A stretch of 64,000 nt of DNA from Trichoplax adhaerens (Eukaryota; Animalia; Placozoa), in assembly GCF_000150275.1 (NCBI RefSeq), contig NW_002060947.1, forward strand, positions 10,494-74,493, in the 5' to 3' direction. Positions within the stretch are counted from its first letter, which is position 1; every line of letters begins with the position of its first letter. Shown here piece after piece: positions 39,471 through 53,813 of the stretch. Position numbers and translations under genes: made by a program. The notes below the pieces were generated by a model, which did no database searches, was not told where the DNA came from, and saw only the letters and a list, made by a program, of their open reading frames with translations.

Positions 39471-42400
39471 ATTGAATATCAACCTTCTTGGCTGTTGCAA
39501 GCTGTTTATATTATGATCATCAAGACCTCTATCAACGTATTTCGTACCTTTGATACAGCATAGTTTATAATGATAGAAGATTAGTATTTCGTCATATAAA
39601 ATTATGCAAGAAATTAACTGAAATTTTTATTATTAATTATCCTATCATTTCAGCGTCTTCTATGCTCTTTCAGTTTGAATGCATGAATTTTGAACTCTGC
39701 ATGATTAGTATTGTAATGTGCTCTTTTCAATCTAAGGTGTGGGCTAACATATGTGCACTCAGTAACAATATCGAATTTGATGAATTTTATTATCATTATC
39801 TGTATATATAACAAGGAATAATAAACGGTACATAGGATACAAACATTACCCTTAGTCGCTACGAAATATATGAATAAAATCGTCGAATAGTCGTACAAAT
39901 TGGCGATACCATCAATTAATACGACGTAATTTATTTTATTTATAGATTCTAAAAATTTTCCTGCAGTGTAATATAGCTCAGCAATAACACTTCTTTAGCT
40001 ACTCCAGCGGTTATGTAGTCCCATAAAGTGTTTGAATTTTGTTGATATATGAAGTAATCAATTATTCTTTCATTGATCAAATCTTAAAAATGTAGTTGCA
40101 TCTGTTTGCAATAAATAGCGCCCATAAACTGTAAAAGCATTAAATTTACATTAGTAAAGTACATTCTATAAGGTGAAACTTTAGAATCGATAACTTTCAC
40201 GAGAGAAATTAGTCAAGTGCGTATAACATGCTAGACGACGCTAGCAAAGTGACAAATGCTGCCAAAATTCTTCAGTAGTCTAAGAGTTGCTCGGGGTAGA
40301 TAAATTAATCACAGATTTTCGTGTCTATTTGATATACGATATACATAATCACTGCCACCTTTGCAAGAAATTTTCCTCCAAATTCAAATAGTAAAGATTT
40401 AATTTTGTAGGGTTAGTCTTGGAGTAACGAGATAATTAGTAGGATTATTCTCGATAGGTATATAGGATTATGATTGATTAATAAAAAGTAGTTTTATATT
40501 GTTACTCATGCACAGTTATCAGTGTAATGATTTCCATGAATGCAACCATCTATTCAAATAGAATAACATTGGCAAATACAAAAAGTGAAGATACAGTGAC
40601 ATTATGCTATACATTTTGTTATTTATTACATTTATATAAGATTTATAAAGTGCGCAATTAATTATCTAGCATCTGCATTATGATTTATTTATCTATTTCT
40701 TCAATTATTGTAAGTAAATCACAGTACCGTACTCGTAGTAGCATAGAGATCAGTCAGTATCTTAAATTGCCATTTTATTTGATTGATACATAAATTTTGC
40801 CTCAGTTTTCGAGTAGTGATTCAGAATCATTTTCTTATTACTTTATGACATAAGACTGCCTATCTAATCCATTTTCTGTACTGTAGCTAATTAATGTTAT
40901 AATTGTAATTAATCACTCTTTATTAATGATGTAACAGTATGTTATTTTATCGTAATATCGCAACATTCCTTAGTCTATTATTTCGTGACTAATTAAATCA
41001 CCATATATCATGAGTTATTATTGCGTAAAAGATTGTAAAAATAGATGAAAGTCAATAAAAACATGTAAAAAAAATATGAGTGCAGTGTAGCAACACAGGG
41101 AGTGATTTGAAATCGTGAAGAGTACAGTATAGCAATAGTGTATTCAAAGAGCATAGCCTTAGTATTTTGTTTAAGGCCGGTTAAGACTGATTGATTTTAG
41201 GAAATAGTAGTAAATAGTGCTTGACTTCAATTAATTATTAGGTGTATTATACATCGCTATTATATTCGTTTAGAATCAGTTCTTAGCTCTCGCTTAGACT
41301 CAAATCAAGTTTTTGAAGATTTTCTGTAGTACGCACATACTTCGCGTGCTTGCTATTCTAAGAAAAAAAATGAATAATCGTTTTGTCTTTATTTAGCATA
41401 TATCCGCGTGGCGTAACTTAATTAATAAAAGTTGAGTAGCTTCTGAAGTATGTGGAACAGAAAAAAAACAGTTCGGTGTCAATGTTATAGTAGCAAGGAT
41501 CATTCCGGATAGGCATATTGACCGCATACGAGTGTATAAAGTAGTATGCTTGAACCAGCTGCAGAAAAAGTATAGTGGTTCAAGCCATGGTTTAAGCGCA
41601 GTATAGTACAGCATATTAAAATAGAATAGAGTTGGTACACTCATGGACTACTGGGAGAAGCCGTACTGCTGGAAAAAGTCCGATCTTCTTCAGGTAGTCC
41701 GTTGTACAGATGAGATATTTCACAGAATACTAATAGCTAGCCGTAGATATCTACATGATCCTTCTCAGTCTGTGCAAATTTGATGAATGAAAATAAGATT
41801 TATATTTAATCACTGTTAATTTTTCCGATACGTGCGAAATTGAAACTTTTAATGTAAGCAAATCAACGCTACGTTCGTATGACGTACAGCATAGGCGGAA
41901 TTGCTAATTCTACGTCTTCGATAACACCTTATTACATGATATAAATTTGCAGATAGTTTATTCGATCGAATACGAAATATAATTCAGGAGTGTCAATTTC
42001 ACGTATTTCAGCCGCGTTACAAACTTGATATACGATAATCCATTCAAAGATATTAAACCTGATTTCCTCCTACTGGTGTATTTCCGATTTATTGCAATTT
42101 TAACATTTACTGTGTAAAAGTTTCATTTCCTGCTTAAAATGAATTGACACATTTATAATTATATTTTCAAATTACTAACTACGCCAGTTTATAAAATAAC
42201 ATTAGATTACGACATTAACACACATATGAACGATCAACAAGCTCAGTTTATTTTAATGACGAAAATTTTATTTCTCAAAGATGGACTCTGTAAATTTGTT
42301 TATTTGTCCGTGATTTTACGGGAAATAGTTAAAACGCCATAATCAGTTATGGATTAGAAAGAATGAATTTGCAGCGTTGATAACTTTGTATGTTCTTAGT

Positions 42401-43873
42401 AGAAGAGACGCCAACTAAATGCATCCCAAATTTAATCATGCTGCAATCCGTTTGTAGCAAAGATATCATAATAAACTCATACTAAGCTGCCGTTGTACTT
42501 CATTTTTAAATCGTCAATAATCATAAACCAGATTATTTTAACGCTACTGCACTCGACGGTTTTAATCACATGAGTTATGAGCCAAAATTATCAGCTGAGT
42601 AAATTGAACCATTATATTGGAGTACAGTGACGAAATTGATACCAGTTGCGGGAAGCGATGCTATAATTTCAAGATTAATCAATTCAAACAGTGAAAGGGC
42701 TTTCTATAAATCATGATTAGTATTGATCCGGTAGGAATTAGACGAAGAGTGTGAGCACAGAATGCAGTACAGTACAGTATAAAGATTAGTGTAAAAGAAT
42801 GTCTGGAAGCCTGTTAAAGTGTGCTTAATGTTTCTAAGAAACCGGCATAAAAAAAAAGACAGCAGCAAAAAAAATCGACATAGACATGGACTACCAGTCG
42901 TCCTTGTCAAGAAATAATTGATCTAATTTGTGTCATCGACGATAGCTTGTCTCACCTATCTTAAGTGGCATTATATTCAAGATTAAATCGTGAGATGATC
43001 ATGCCATATACACAATACGTATAATCAATAGAGACAATAAAACGCTTATTGTTGTACTTTGCCAATATAACTACGCTTAATAGTAGTCGTATGCATCGAG
43101 AATTTCTTTTCATTTGTATTTTTGGGAACTAACTGGTTCCAGTTAATATCGCGTCTCACAATAAATAATTGTTGCTTTATTCATTACAACTTAGTTGCAG
43201 TTATCATCTATGAAAGAGGGGATATGAGGCTGCAATCGATCTTGTATTATACAGTAGTTACAAAATTTTAAAAAAGTATACGGTATACAGTACTGCAAAT
43301 AATTCATGCTACTAAAATAATCATTACCTCAAAGCCCGGAGGCAAGATCCTCTGATTATAATATTATCGAACTATTTCGATTTACTATCACTTTCCATTA
43401 ATGCTAAAGCTCCAATTCCAACACGTATATTTGTTTATCGACGAGTATTTCGCATATGTTTTACGCCAATTCAAATACTATAGAGTGTAGACTATCGTCT
43501 AATGTATGAAAATGGCGGGCATTTACATATCTAACCGTAAATTAATTTGATTAATTAAACAACTAGTAATCAGGCAATTGTTGGAGAATACCGGCAGTAA
43601 TGCAAATATAAAGACGTACAGTTTTTGCATATTGTGTTCAATTCCTAGGTCAATTTAAAGTAATAAATTTTCAACTACCGTTTCTGATTTCTTTATTGAA
43701 TATGCATCGACAATTCAGGTATCTTTCTAACTAACTTATACCGTCAATAGAGGCACAGAAATGGTCGACATCAACCAATTTGTCTGGATTTAAATCAGTT
43801 TTATTATCAGATTTTTGATATTGCTATAGTTATTGATTTTTTGGATATTGTATAAATTAAACTTAACACGAAC

Positions 43874-45241
<1,368 letters not shown>

Positions 45242-45378
45242 TTAGGTTTTATGGAGAGAAAAAAAAATCAGAAATGCCAAGAGGAAAAAATCCTTGTAAC
45301 GGTCAAGTGGAAGTTTCGCACGGTACCTTCGAGTTGCAACGTCGACGAAAAGTGGAGGGCGAGTGAATGTGAAATACG

Positions 45379-45460
45379 ATTTATATAAAGTGCTGAGGGA
45401 TTCACCCCCCCCCCCCTACGGTTGTTACATGACGTCAGGTGACGATAACCAATGGTAAAC
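45379..45460 (-). promoter_or_regulatory. Actin 2 core promoter: TATA box (~45380-45389), poly-C/G run, CRE TGACGTCA (45430-45437), CCAAT (45449-45453)
   Basis: Motifs read directly, 150-230 bp upstream of the ATG. Confidence 0.6.
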
Positions 45461-46509
45461 ATGGTCAAGGTGTTTTGAATTTGAGAATGCACAGTAGTAT
45501 CATTTACTTTGTTTTGTCATACAGGCCTATATACAGTACGCCGTACGCCGTCTAGTACAGTACGATACGGTACGGTACAGTACTGTACTGTACTGTACTA
45601 GGGCGATATGGAATTAATTAATTAATTAATTCCAATGGATAAAATTTATAGCTGCAGATACCATACCCATCAATACTGTAGAATCCCTCCTATTGAGTAC
45701 AACATTATCCTATAATCCAAATCGGAGCAAACCAATTTCCATATCAGGTCATGAAAAAAGTGTTTTTCTTGACTTCTTTTGTCATCACTTCTCTTCATTT
45801 TGGGGGATGGGTAAATAAAGTAAATACATAAATATCATCAATGTACAGTACATTCACAGAAGAAAAACATGCCTGTTTTGCATGACAGTACTGTATTTCA
45901 TGGTCATTACTTTTGGATTAGGCCTATTTTTCTACTTTTTTTGTCATAGCTCAGCGTGTTAGCTGCAGGACTATATTTATACCGTACTCTCTCTCTCTCT
46001 CGGTTGAGTCTATTTTGCAAACGTCTTCCACAAACGATCATTGTTTCTAGCGTGATGATCAACGTTTAAACTGTCTGATGAACGCTTTCCAATGAAGAGG
46101 AAGGAATTTTTTCCACGTAATTTTCCCATTCTACATCAATCATTCAACAAAAGTGTGCTTTGCCTTACTATTCTATCACAAGTAGTGGCATCAATCAGTC
46201 ATGACAACGTAGCATCATTATACTACTGTATAGCATATTTTTTCACATATTCATAATACTGTACTGTCCTATTTCTTGAAAAAACATCTCATTTAATTAT
46301 TCTGTAAATACTGCCAAGATGAATTCACTTCAAGGCAATCTTGGACTTCCAAGTATAGCTAGACTACCAATTGACTATCCTGTTTGAAGTAGTCTACTGT
46401 GGTAGTTATTATTATTGAGCAAATTGAATCTGTACAATAATACAAAGTCTTTAGAAAACAATGCAATGACATCACACTGATTGCAGACGGCCCGGGTGCT
46501 GGGCTCATT

Positions 46510-46965
46510 TTTGACCATATATGGTCAAATTTTCCAGCACAGTAGGGGGGCACCTCTGGAGCTGCCCAACAATCGCCCCCGCACCTATTGTCCATGTCAA
46601 CTGCAACACAAAAGGCAACACACCCAATTTTGCATGACAGTAACGTGAGCTAGCGTCTATTACACATGCGATTTCTACTGGTTGCCTTTGAAGCTGGCCG
46701 TCGAAAGCCAGTCATTAATTAGCTGAATACGGATATATTTGATGTTGATGCATCCTGATGGTTTTACCTTTGTCCTTTAATTTTTGTGTTTTGCAGAGTG
46801 AATGATAGTGCGTGTGATCTCCTGCTAGAAATGAAATAATGTTGCTCCTAAAATGGAGAAGCTACAGTGTTTCAATCGTTGAAAGCAGGAAAGTTGGATG
46901 GAAATAAACAAGTAACATTACCTAGTTTGGTATTTCGTCCATGTCCAATAATTGGCCTAAAATGG
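46510..46965. promoter_or_regulatory. CArG-box (SRF) cluster upstream of actin 2
   Basis: Perfect CC(A/T)6GG at 46515-46524 (inside a perfect 20-bp palindrome), 46847-46856 and 46956-46965; one-mismatch site at 46921-46930. Confidence 0.6.
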
Positions 46966-48987
46966 ACTCTTGCTAGATTACCGTACAAGTATCGTACAGT
47001 CGATGCTGCTAGGAGAGTGTATGCGTCATGACGGCCAAGGTTGACCGATAAATTGACTGACGACGGCATTGTTGAGTAATAGTAATTATGAATCAATAAC
47101 GCGCAGGCGAAGTTTGCAGTTTTTGTCTCTGCAAGTTTAGTGCTATGTACACTATGTACAGTACGTACAGTAAATACTAAAGTCCTGCAATGGAGTAAAA
47201 ACGCAACCCAAACCCGATCAAATTGTTAATTTCCTAACCCGAAATGAGTGCAATTGCTATACAAACACTTTTATTAGCATAGAAATTCTTATAACCTCCC
47301 CCATCGAATCGGGTTCAATTCGGGTTGATGGTTGACTTTTAAAGGACATTCGTATAGACAGACATACAATATAGCCAATGCTTTATAGCCAATTCACAGG
47401 AGCTGTACTGTACTGTATATATATGTTGATATTCATTTATTCATGAATTAAACGTCAAATACACACAATACTGTACAAATCTATGAGGTGTCTGATAGCA
47501 TAAGATATTTATAATGGAAGTATGGTTATGTATTTGATTGGCTAGTCCTGTGATCGATTGCTAATTACCGTGTTACCTATAGTTTTGAATTCTTTCTATT
47601 TTGAACATCTACAAAATAATGTACGATTCAGTGGCCATACTGTGGTCAAGGCCTGGCCTGGAATAATCGAGTAGATGTAAATCATCTTGTAATTCGTAGA
47701 CAGTAATGGAATATTGATCGATCAACATTACATTATTACGCATTGTTTAGTCCCTATAGTTTGTACTACGATCGCGCTACGTATAAATTACTTTACAGGC
47801 TATACAGTACATGATTTTACAATAGTGTCAGGGGCTGTTATTACTAAAAACTACTAGAAACAGAGAGCATCATTTTATTTCTATTATCACTCGTCTTTTA
47901 ATACAGTTAGTAGTCATGACTCACTACGAGGTGAAACCGGGCAGGTGTCATCTTCAATCACGGTGCTGCAACAGTATTTCAAGATTGATCCTACAGTTCT
48001 CAGTCAGTTTAGTCACTGTAAAAGAATATTTTTCTCAAAACGACTTTGCAGATTATTATCGTTGATCCTTTCATGCTGACAGCAAGTAATGTCAGACATT
48101 TCCTAAACTTTTAGATTGTAAAAGTGTTACCATCTTTTTGAGGACATCTTTTGGTGTATTCTCAGCTAAAACATACAATGATAACAATTGTATTATCACT
48201 AGAGAATCGTAATTGATTGAGCGTAAATAAGCGTATAAGTGAGTTAAGCGGACGGTAAGTTGAAAGCAAATACAGCATATTGTCCCATTATACAGTACTA
48301 TACTGTATAGATTATTACGTGTACGGGATTGTAATTGATCCACTTGCCCGTAGGGTCTCTCTACTGTCTCGCAATTTTCGAGTGTAAATTAAGGATAGTA
48401 TGATACTGCTCTTTACATACCTTAGCAAAATTAGGAAAAAAAATTACATTTATTTTTACTATTAGTGACGCTATTGTAATCAACACGGTGCAGTAATATT
48501 TGTAGTTCTCTAAATTCGACATTGTAGCCCAGGGCCCAGGATGGTATAGTGATCTAATCTTGGTAAGAAATCAAGAAATCATTTCCAACTCTTTTTTCGG
48601 TGGTTTTCGCAAATCCTTCTGCAAATAAAACAACTTCAGTCTGTACGGCTGTTTATGAAAATCGGGTCAGCAGCCAGCAGTTGACTAGTTTATTTGTTAT
48701 TTTAAAATACCAATCGACGGGAAATTGATTGTACGCGTAAATAGTTGATAAACTGTAGCACTCATTGAAAATAACTGTCTAATTACAGTTATTTTATTCT
48801 GAACGGTAGGGAACCTCGACTAGAGTACTTGAGTTATATTATTTTTATTTAGCATGGTTTACGGCTTTGCCTTTCTCGGTGAATGTTAGAGTTGTTGTGC
48901 TTGGGGAAATCTGCTCTGTATGTGCAGTGTTAACAAAGAGTAAAAGAGGAATACTGGATCTCTTTGGTTCCATGTTCACTCTCTTCA

Positions 48988-50215
48988 GTCACAGGCTACC
49001 ACAATGAAAAGATTTTGGTGTCAATGAACATTCGATTTGCCTCATCTGCATTTGCTTTGCTGTGCCGTGTTCAATGGGCGAGCTGGTGCTTATACTGTAC
49101 GTACATGAGATATTCTCATTCCAAATGTACAGTACAGTGCAGTAGACATGACTCTGCTCTATTGTACGTACAGTACATTACTCTCCTGTACTGTACACTG
49201 GTATACTGTAGTACTGTACACTGTACAGTCCGCAGTTCTACAGTACCATACTGTACGTAGGGTATATTGCACTCTACTGTACTACAGTTTCGGACTCAAG
49301 TATCCATAGGTGTTGATGCGGCTAGTGTGTTGACAAACTTGTCAATAGTAATTGAGTAGTCAAAGTCCATCGTGTACAACTGTACTTTCAGTATTCAAGC
49401 ACAGGCTACCACAACCAAAAGATTTTTGTCAATGAAGATTCGATTTACCTCATTTGCTTTTGCTTTGCTGGGCTGTGTTCAATACTGGGATAGTGTAATG
49501 TACGAGTTCGTACCTACAGACTACAGTACAGTACGCACAGAGTACAGACGTACAGACGTACTGTACAGTATTCTCATTACAAATGTACTGTACTGTACTG
49601 TATACAGTATGACATGTACTGTACAGTCACATGACTCTACTACAGTGTACAGTACGCAGTTCTACAGGACAACACTGCACACTGCACAGTACGGTATATT
49701 GCACTGCAGTACAGCTTCGGACTCAAGTATCCACAGGTGTTGGAGCGGCTAGTGTGTTGACTAATTTATCAATAGTAATTGAGTAGTCAAAGTCCATCGT
49801 GTACAACTGTACATTCAGTATTCAATCACAGGCTACCACAACCAAAAGATTTTTGTCAATGAAGATTCGATTTCACTCATTTGCTTTTGCTTTGCTGGGC
49901 TGTGTTCAATACTGGATAGTGTAATGTACGAGTTCGTACCTACAGTACAGCACTGTACTGTATACTGTATGACTTACAGTATTCTCATTACAAATGTACA
50001 GTACATTGTACAGTATATGACATATACGATAAAGTCACATGACTCTACTACAGTGTACAGTACGCAGTTCTACAGGACAACACTGCACAGTACGGTATCT
50101 TGCATTGTAGTACAGCTTCGGACTCAACTATCCACCGGTGTTGGTACGGCTAGTGTGTTGAGTTGAAATGGTAATTGAGTAGTCAAAGTCCATGGTGTAC
50201 AACTGTACATTCAGT
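48988..50215 (+). repeat. Three-copy tandem repeat (~390-430 bp units), GTAC-rich, ending ~30 bp before the PGAP2b ATG
   Basis: Anchor cacaggctaccacaa at 48990, 49400 and 49827; anchor cggactcaa at ~49291, ~49718 and ~50119. Confidence 0.9.
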
Positions 50216-50244
50216 GTGGGTACAGTTGGAAAGCAACTTGCAAA

Positions 50245-52475
50245 ATGGCTTCCTCCGAACTGGCAGCCAAGCCGACATTCTTCACGCATAAATTTCGCCG
50301 TAGTGGCTATGTTGTTTTATCGCTTCCTTTACTCTCTTTCAGTGTCTGCTTAATTCTAACATTTCTTTACCATTTTGAAGAATCTCTTGCCACTCATTGC
50401 AAGGTAATGGTTGCTAATTTAGTCGTTGATAATGGCCTTCTTGCTGCCTCATTCAACATCACAACAGTTGGTGAGGCAATGCTACTGTACAAGTGTAGAA
50501 CAAATGTCTATCTACGCTTATACGATAGACTGATATCATCAGATGTCCTACCGCTTAATCTTGTTATTTGCGCCTACCTTTTCAATCTTGACAAGTGATA
50601 TACGTATTGGCTCATTGATATACGCCAATATCAAACGTGCAACAACTGTTGCAGACAGCGTACTGTACATTCGGGGATATGACATAACTCAATCGAAAAG
50701 GATGTTGTGACAGCATGTAACTTACGCATTGATTTTGAGCTTGATAATCCAATCGTATACACAACAACTACAACTCCTTCCCTAGGATCAATCAATAAGG
50801 GACTTACCGTTGATCGATAGACAAGATAACACTACGTTAAGTTTAGTATGTGTAGACTGCCAAGTAATATCCGAAATGATTGTATCGTAGTGTGCGTTGC
50901 TTCTTATTCATTAATGGTAATACATGCGACATGGTTTAGAAGACATTAACCCTGCATCCTATGCTGGAGCTGATCTGGCTGATGATAATTATTATATAGA
51001 CGGCGTGATAGAATAAAATAGTATGGAATGCAAAGCACATTTTGTAGATGGATATGTTTGTCAAGTTGTACTATCATCGGTTATCAAGTTCATCTTTCGC
51101 ACTGATATAACATCAATAATAGTGGTACTGTTTCCATTGCAGGTGCCTCAATTCCTGCCTTCCTTAAGCGCTGCTATATGTAACTCTCCTCAAAGCTATA
51201 TTTGGCGCCTTGGAATAGGATTTCATAGTGGACCAAGAATCTACTATAACGTCTTATATTACGACGTCTTTCAAACTTATCGACCTACCGATCCTAGTAA
51301 TTGGCCGACGTTATACTGGCTTATTTCTGTCGTTACTGTGATTAGTGGTATCTTGGAAAATTTTTTTTTAATGCTGCTAAGTAATGTGCCATCAACTGAA
51401 AATCACCGTAAGAATTCTACAATTAATTCTAACTACTATACATTTACTGTATCAACAATCAATTCATTATAATGAATGGGAAAACTAGTCATCTACCCTT
51501 GTCAAAATTTTAACATCATTGGTTTTCCTTCAATTAGTTTTCATATACAGTATCACGTTTACATCACTCAACTGCTTCTTCACCTGGCCATATATTAAGC
51601 GATCATTGAATATCTCTGTCGTGTTTTATAGCTTTCAGAACATATCTTGTTCCCTTTTTCTATAGGTCTCCATATCAATAGCTTTGTGTATTTCATTACT
51701 TTTGCAATTATCTACATGATGCTGACTTGTATTTTATATTGGTGGAAACGCAGAAACGTAGTTTTGCCGTCAACGGTAGGCAGAAAATACTCATACATAA
51801 ACATCGTCGTAAATGTAAAACTCGTACTCTACTATACCGTCTTAGTGATTAAGACTAACTTAAAGTTATAACCTTGTTGAACACTTACGCTTAATTTTAA
51901 AATTAATCTAATCACTCTTTTCTTTATTTATTACCAAAATAAACTGTTGGATGAACATAAAACAGTGGCAAAAATCCTTGAGGTACAAGCTCGCAATGTT
52001 TTTGCTCTTTGTTTCCTTCTTTGGAATCGCGATGGTTGTCTATGTTAGACACAATGCCCGCTGTGAACCTTACAGTATCCTTTTATGCAATTATTTACAA
52101 AGTATTCAATCAATCTATCGAACAAGATAGAACTGACGTTGGTGCAGTATTACTTAAGGTTACGTTAAGAAAAAATAATTGTATTGACTAATTTCTTACA
52201 CGTTTATATTAACTGTTTAAGCGAACGAAGTATTTGGATCAGATGTTATATACAAGTCGCACTAACATTGCATCTGATCCCCAAGTTTTTACCTAAATTA
52301 TGCAAGGTTTCTTAACACATTGATTATTATCATATCAGTGTATAGCTATTATGCGCTATTCCAATATTTGATTATATTATCCAATGTGGCATTTCATACC
52401 ACGGGCATGATTGATTTTTGGGACGCTGATGTTGTAACGCAAGATCATATTATAACTAAGAAGAAAATGGAATAA
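50245..52475 (+). CDS. PGAP2: PGAP2/Frag1 paralog b
   Basis: THCK|VPQFLPSLSAAI...PQSYIWRLGIGFHSGPR; RHNARCEPY|MYSYYALFQYLIILSNVAFH; ends TKKKME*. Confidence 0.9.
52075..52338 (+). other. U12-type GT-AG intron in PGAP2b
   Basis: 5' GTATCCTTT; branch TTTCTTAAC (~52308-52316); same codon position and phase as the PGAP2a U12 intron. Confidence 0.85.
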
Positions 52476-53813
52476 AATTACTTGGATTGGATAACTCTCA
52501 CAGTAGGTAGTAATGTCAGCATAAAGATCAACTTCTATATTTCTGCATTATATGCTATTAGTTGAGAAATTAGATCACGTCAATCATAAAAATTTCTGTA
52601 ATTATCAACAACTTGGTGTTGTACGTGCATTGTAGCGATTAGTGCACTAGCTGTACTTTCCGTATAAACTATACCGGTGGAAGCATTATAAATGAAAATA
52701 CATTCTTTATTACTAAATCTAGGTAAACGTTTAGGAATATCAGCAAGCTTGCCTAATTGTACAATACATAGCAGACAACGTTTAATTTCTTATTTTTCAT
52801 TGACCACTTTTACAATAGATATTTTCGTATTAATCTAATACATACTAGCCTTAAATTAGAGTATATAACTGTTTACCCTCGGAAGTGCTGTACATGTATG
52901 GTAAATTGTGTGTTATTATTCAAGAATAACAGATCTCTGATGAGGTGCAGTGATATAAAATAGAACTGTATCAAATCAGGGCAGCCTTGCTACTTCGATT
53001 TTGATCTCATAAACAATACATAATACGTATATTATCAATCAGTGTGTATACTTTCGCTTAAAATTATCAAGTACCTTTATACTATTTGAAAATATTTCAA
53101 CAATTATTTGCGTGCGACATGTTACAAACCTTGCGAAATTGAATAAAATTATAAGTTTTTTTATTTTTTATTTATAAAAATTTCGCATAAATGTAAGATA
53201 TTCGAATTTTTTAATGATCCCATACTACAATAGATCTGAGAAAGGTTCGGTTTGCTCTAATGTATCGATTTGTCGTAGAAAACTTACAGTCGATATCGCA
53301 CAAATTTGAACGGTTTTGACTGTTAGCAAAATCGATATTTTATTAGAATCGAAAGTTTTTTGGTCATCATAATATCTACGAAATATGATGGACTCCGTAC
53401 TGGAAATTATAAGGCCAACAATTAAATGGGTAATCTTTCAAGACCTTCCACACTAGTGTCTGTTACACAGTATGAAAACGAGATAGTCAACATAAAAGAT
53501 TTTTATGGCATGGAAATTACACCATTTATGATATATAGTATATATAAGATATTAAATTCAAGAATTCCATAAAAAATTACTTCGGAAGCTCAAATCAGTC
53601 TGTTTAATAAGATAAGATACATTAAATTATGTATACTGCATGATACTGATAGACTTCGATTTAAAATAAATTCACAAGATGGCAGTATTCGTGCCAAATA
53701 AATATACCAGGTATTCCATACTGTTATTTTGCTATCACGATAACAAGACGTTGGTGATATTTAGTTCGCTGTCGTTGTACCAAGAGCATTAACTTTTAGA
53801 AAATATTAAATAT

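Noticed and set aside
41393-41780. Coding-like minus-strand stretch
   Set aside because: Interrupted by stops, no recognisable motif, no consistent splice structure.
46540-46553. CTCF-like motif CAGTAGGGGGGCAC
   Set aside because: One extra G, single occurrence, and CTCF is considered bilaterian-specific.
48964-50166. Tyr/Cys/Thr/Val-rich ORFs (also 60083-60692 and 23800-24244)
   Set aside because: Translations of the GTAC pentamer arrays, not plausible proteins.
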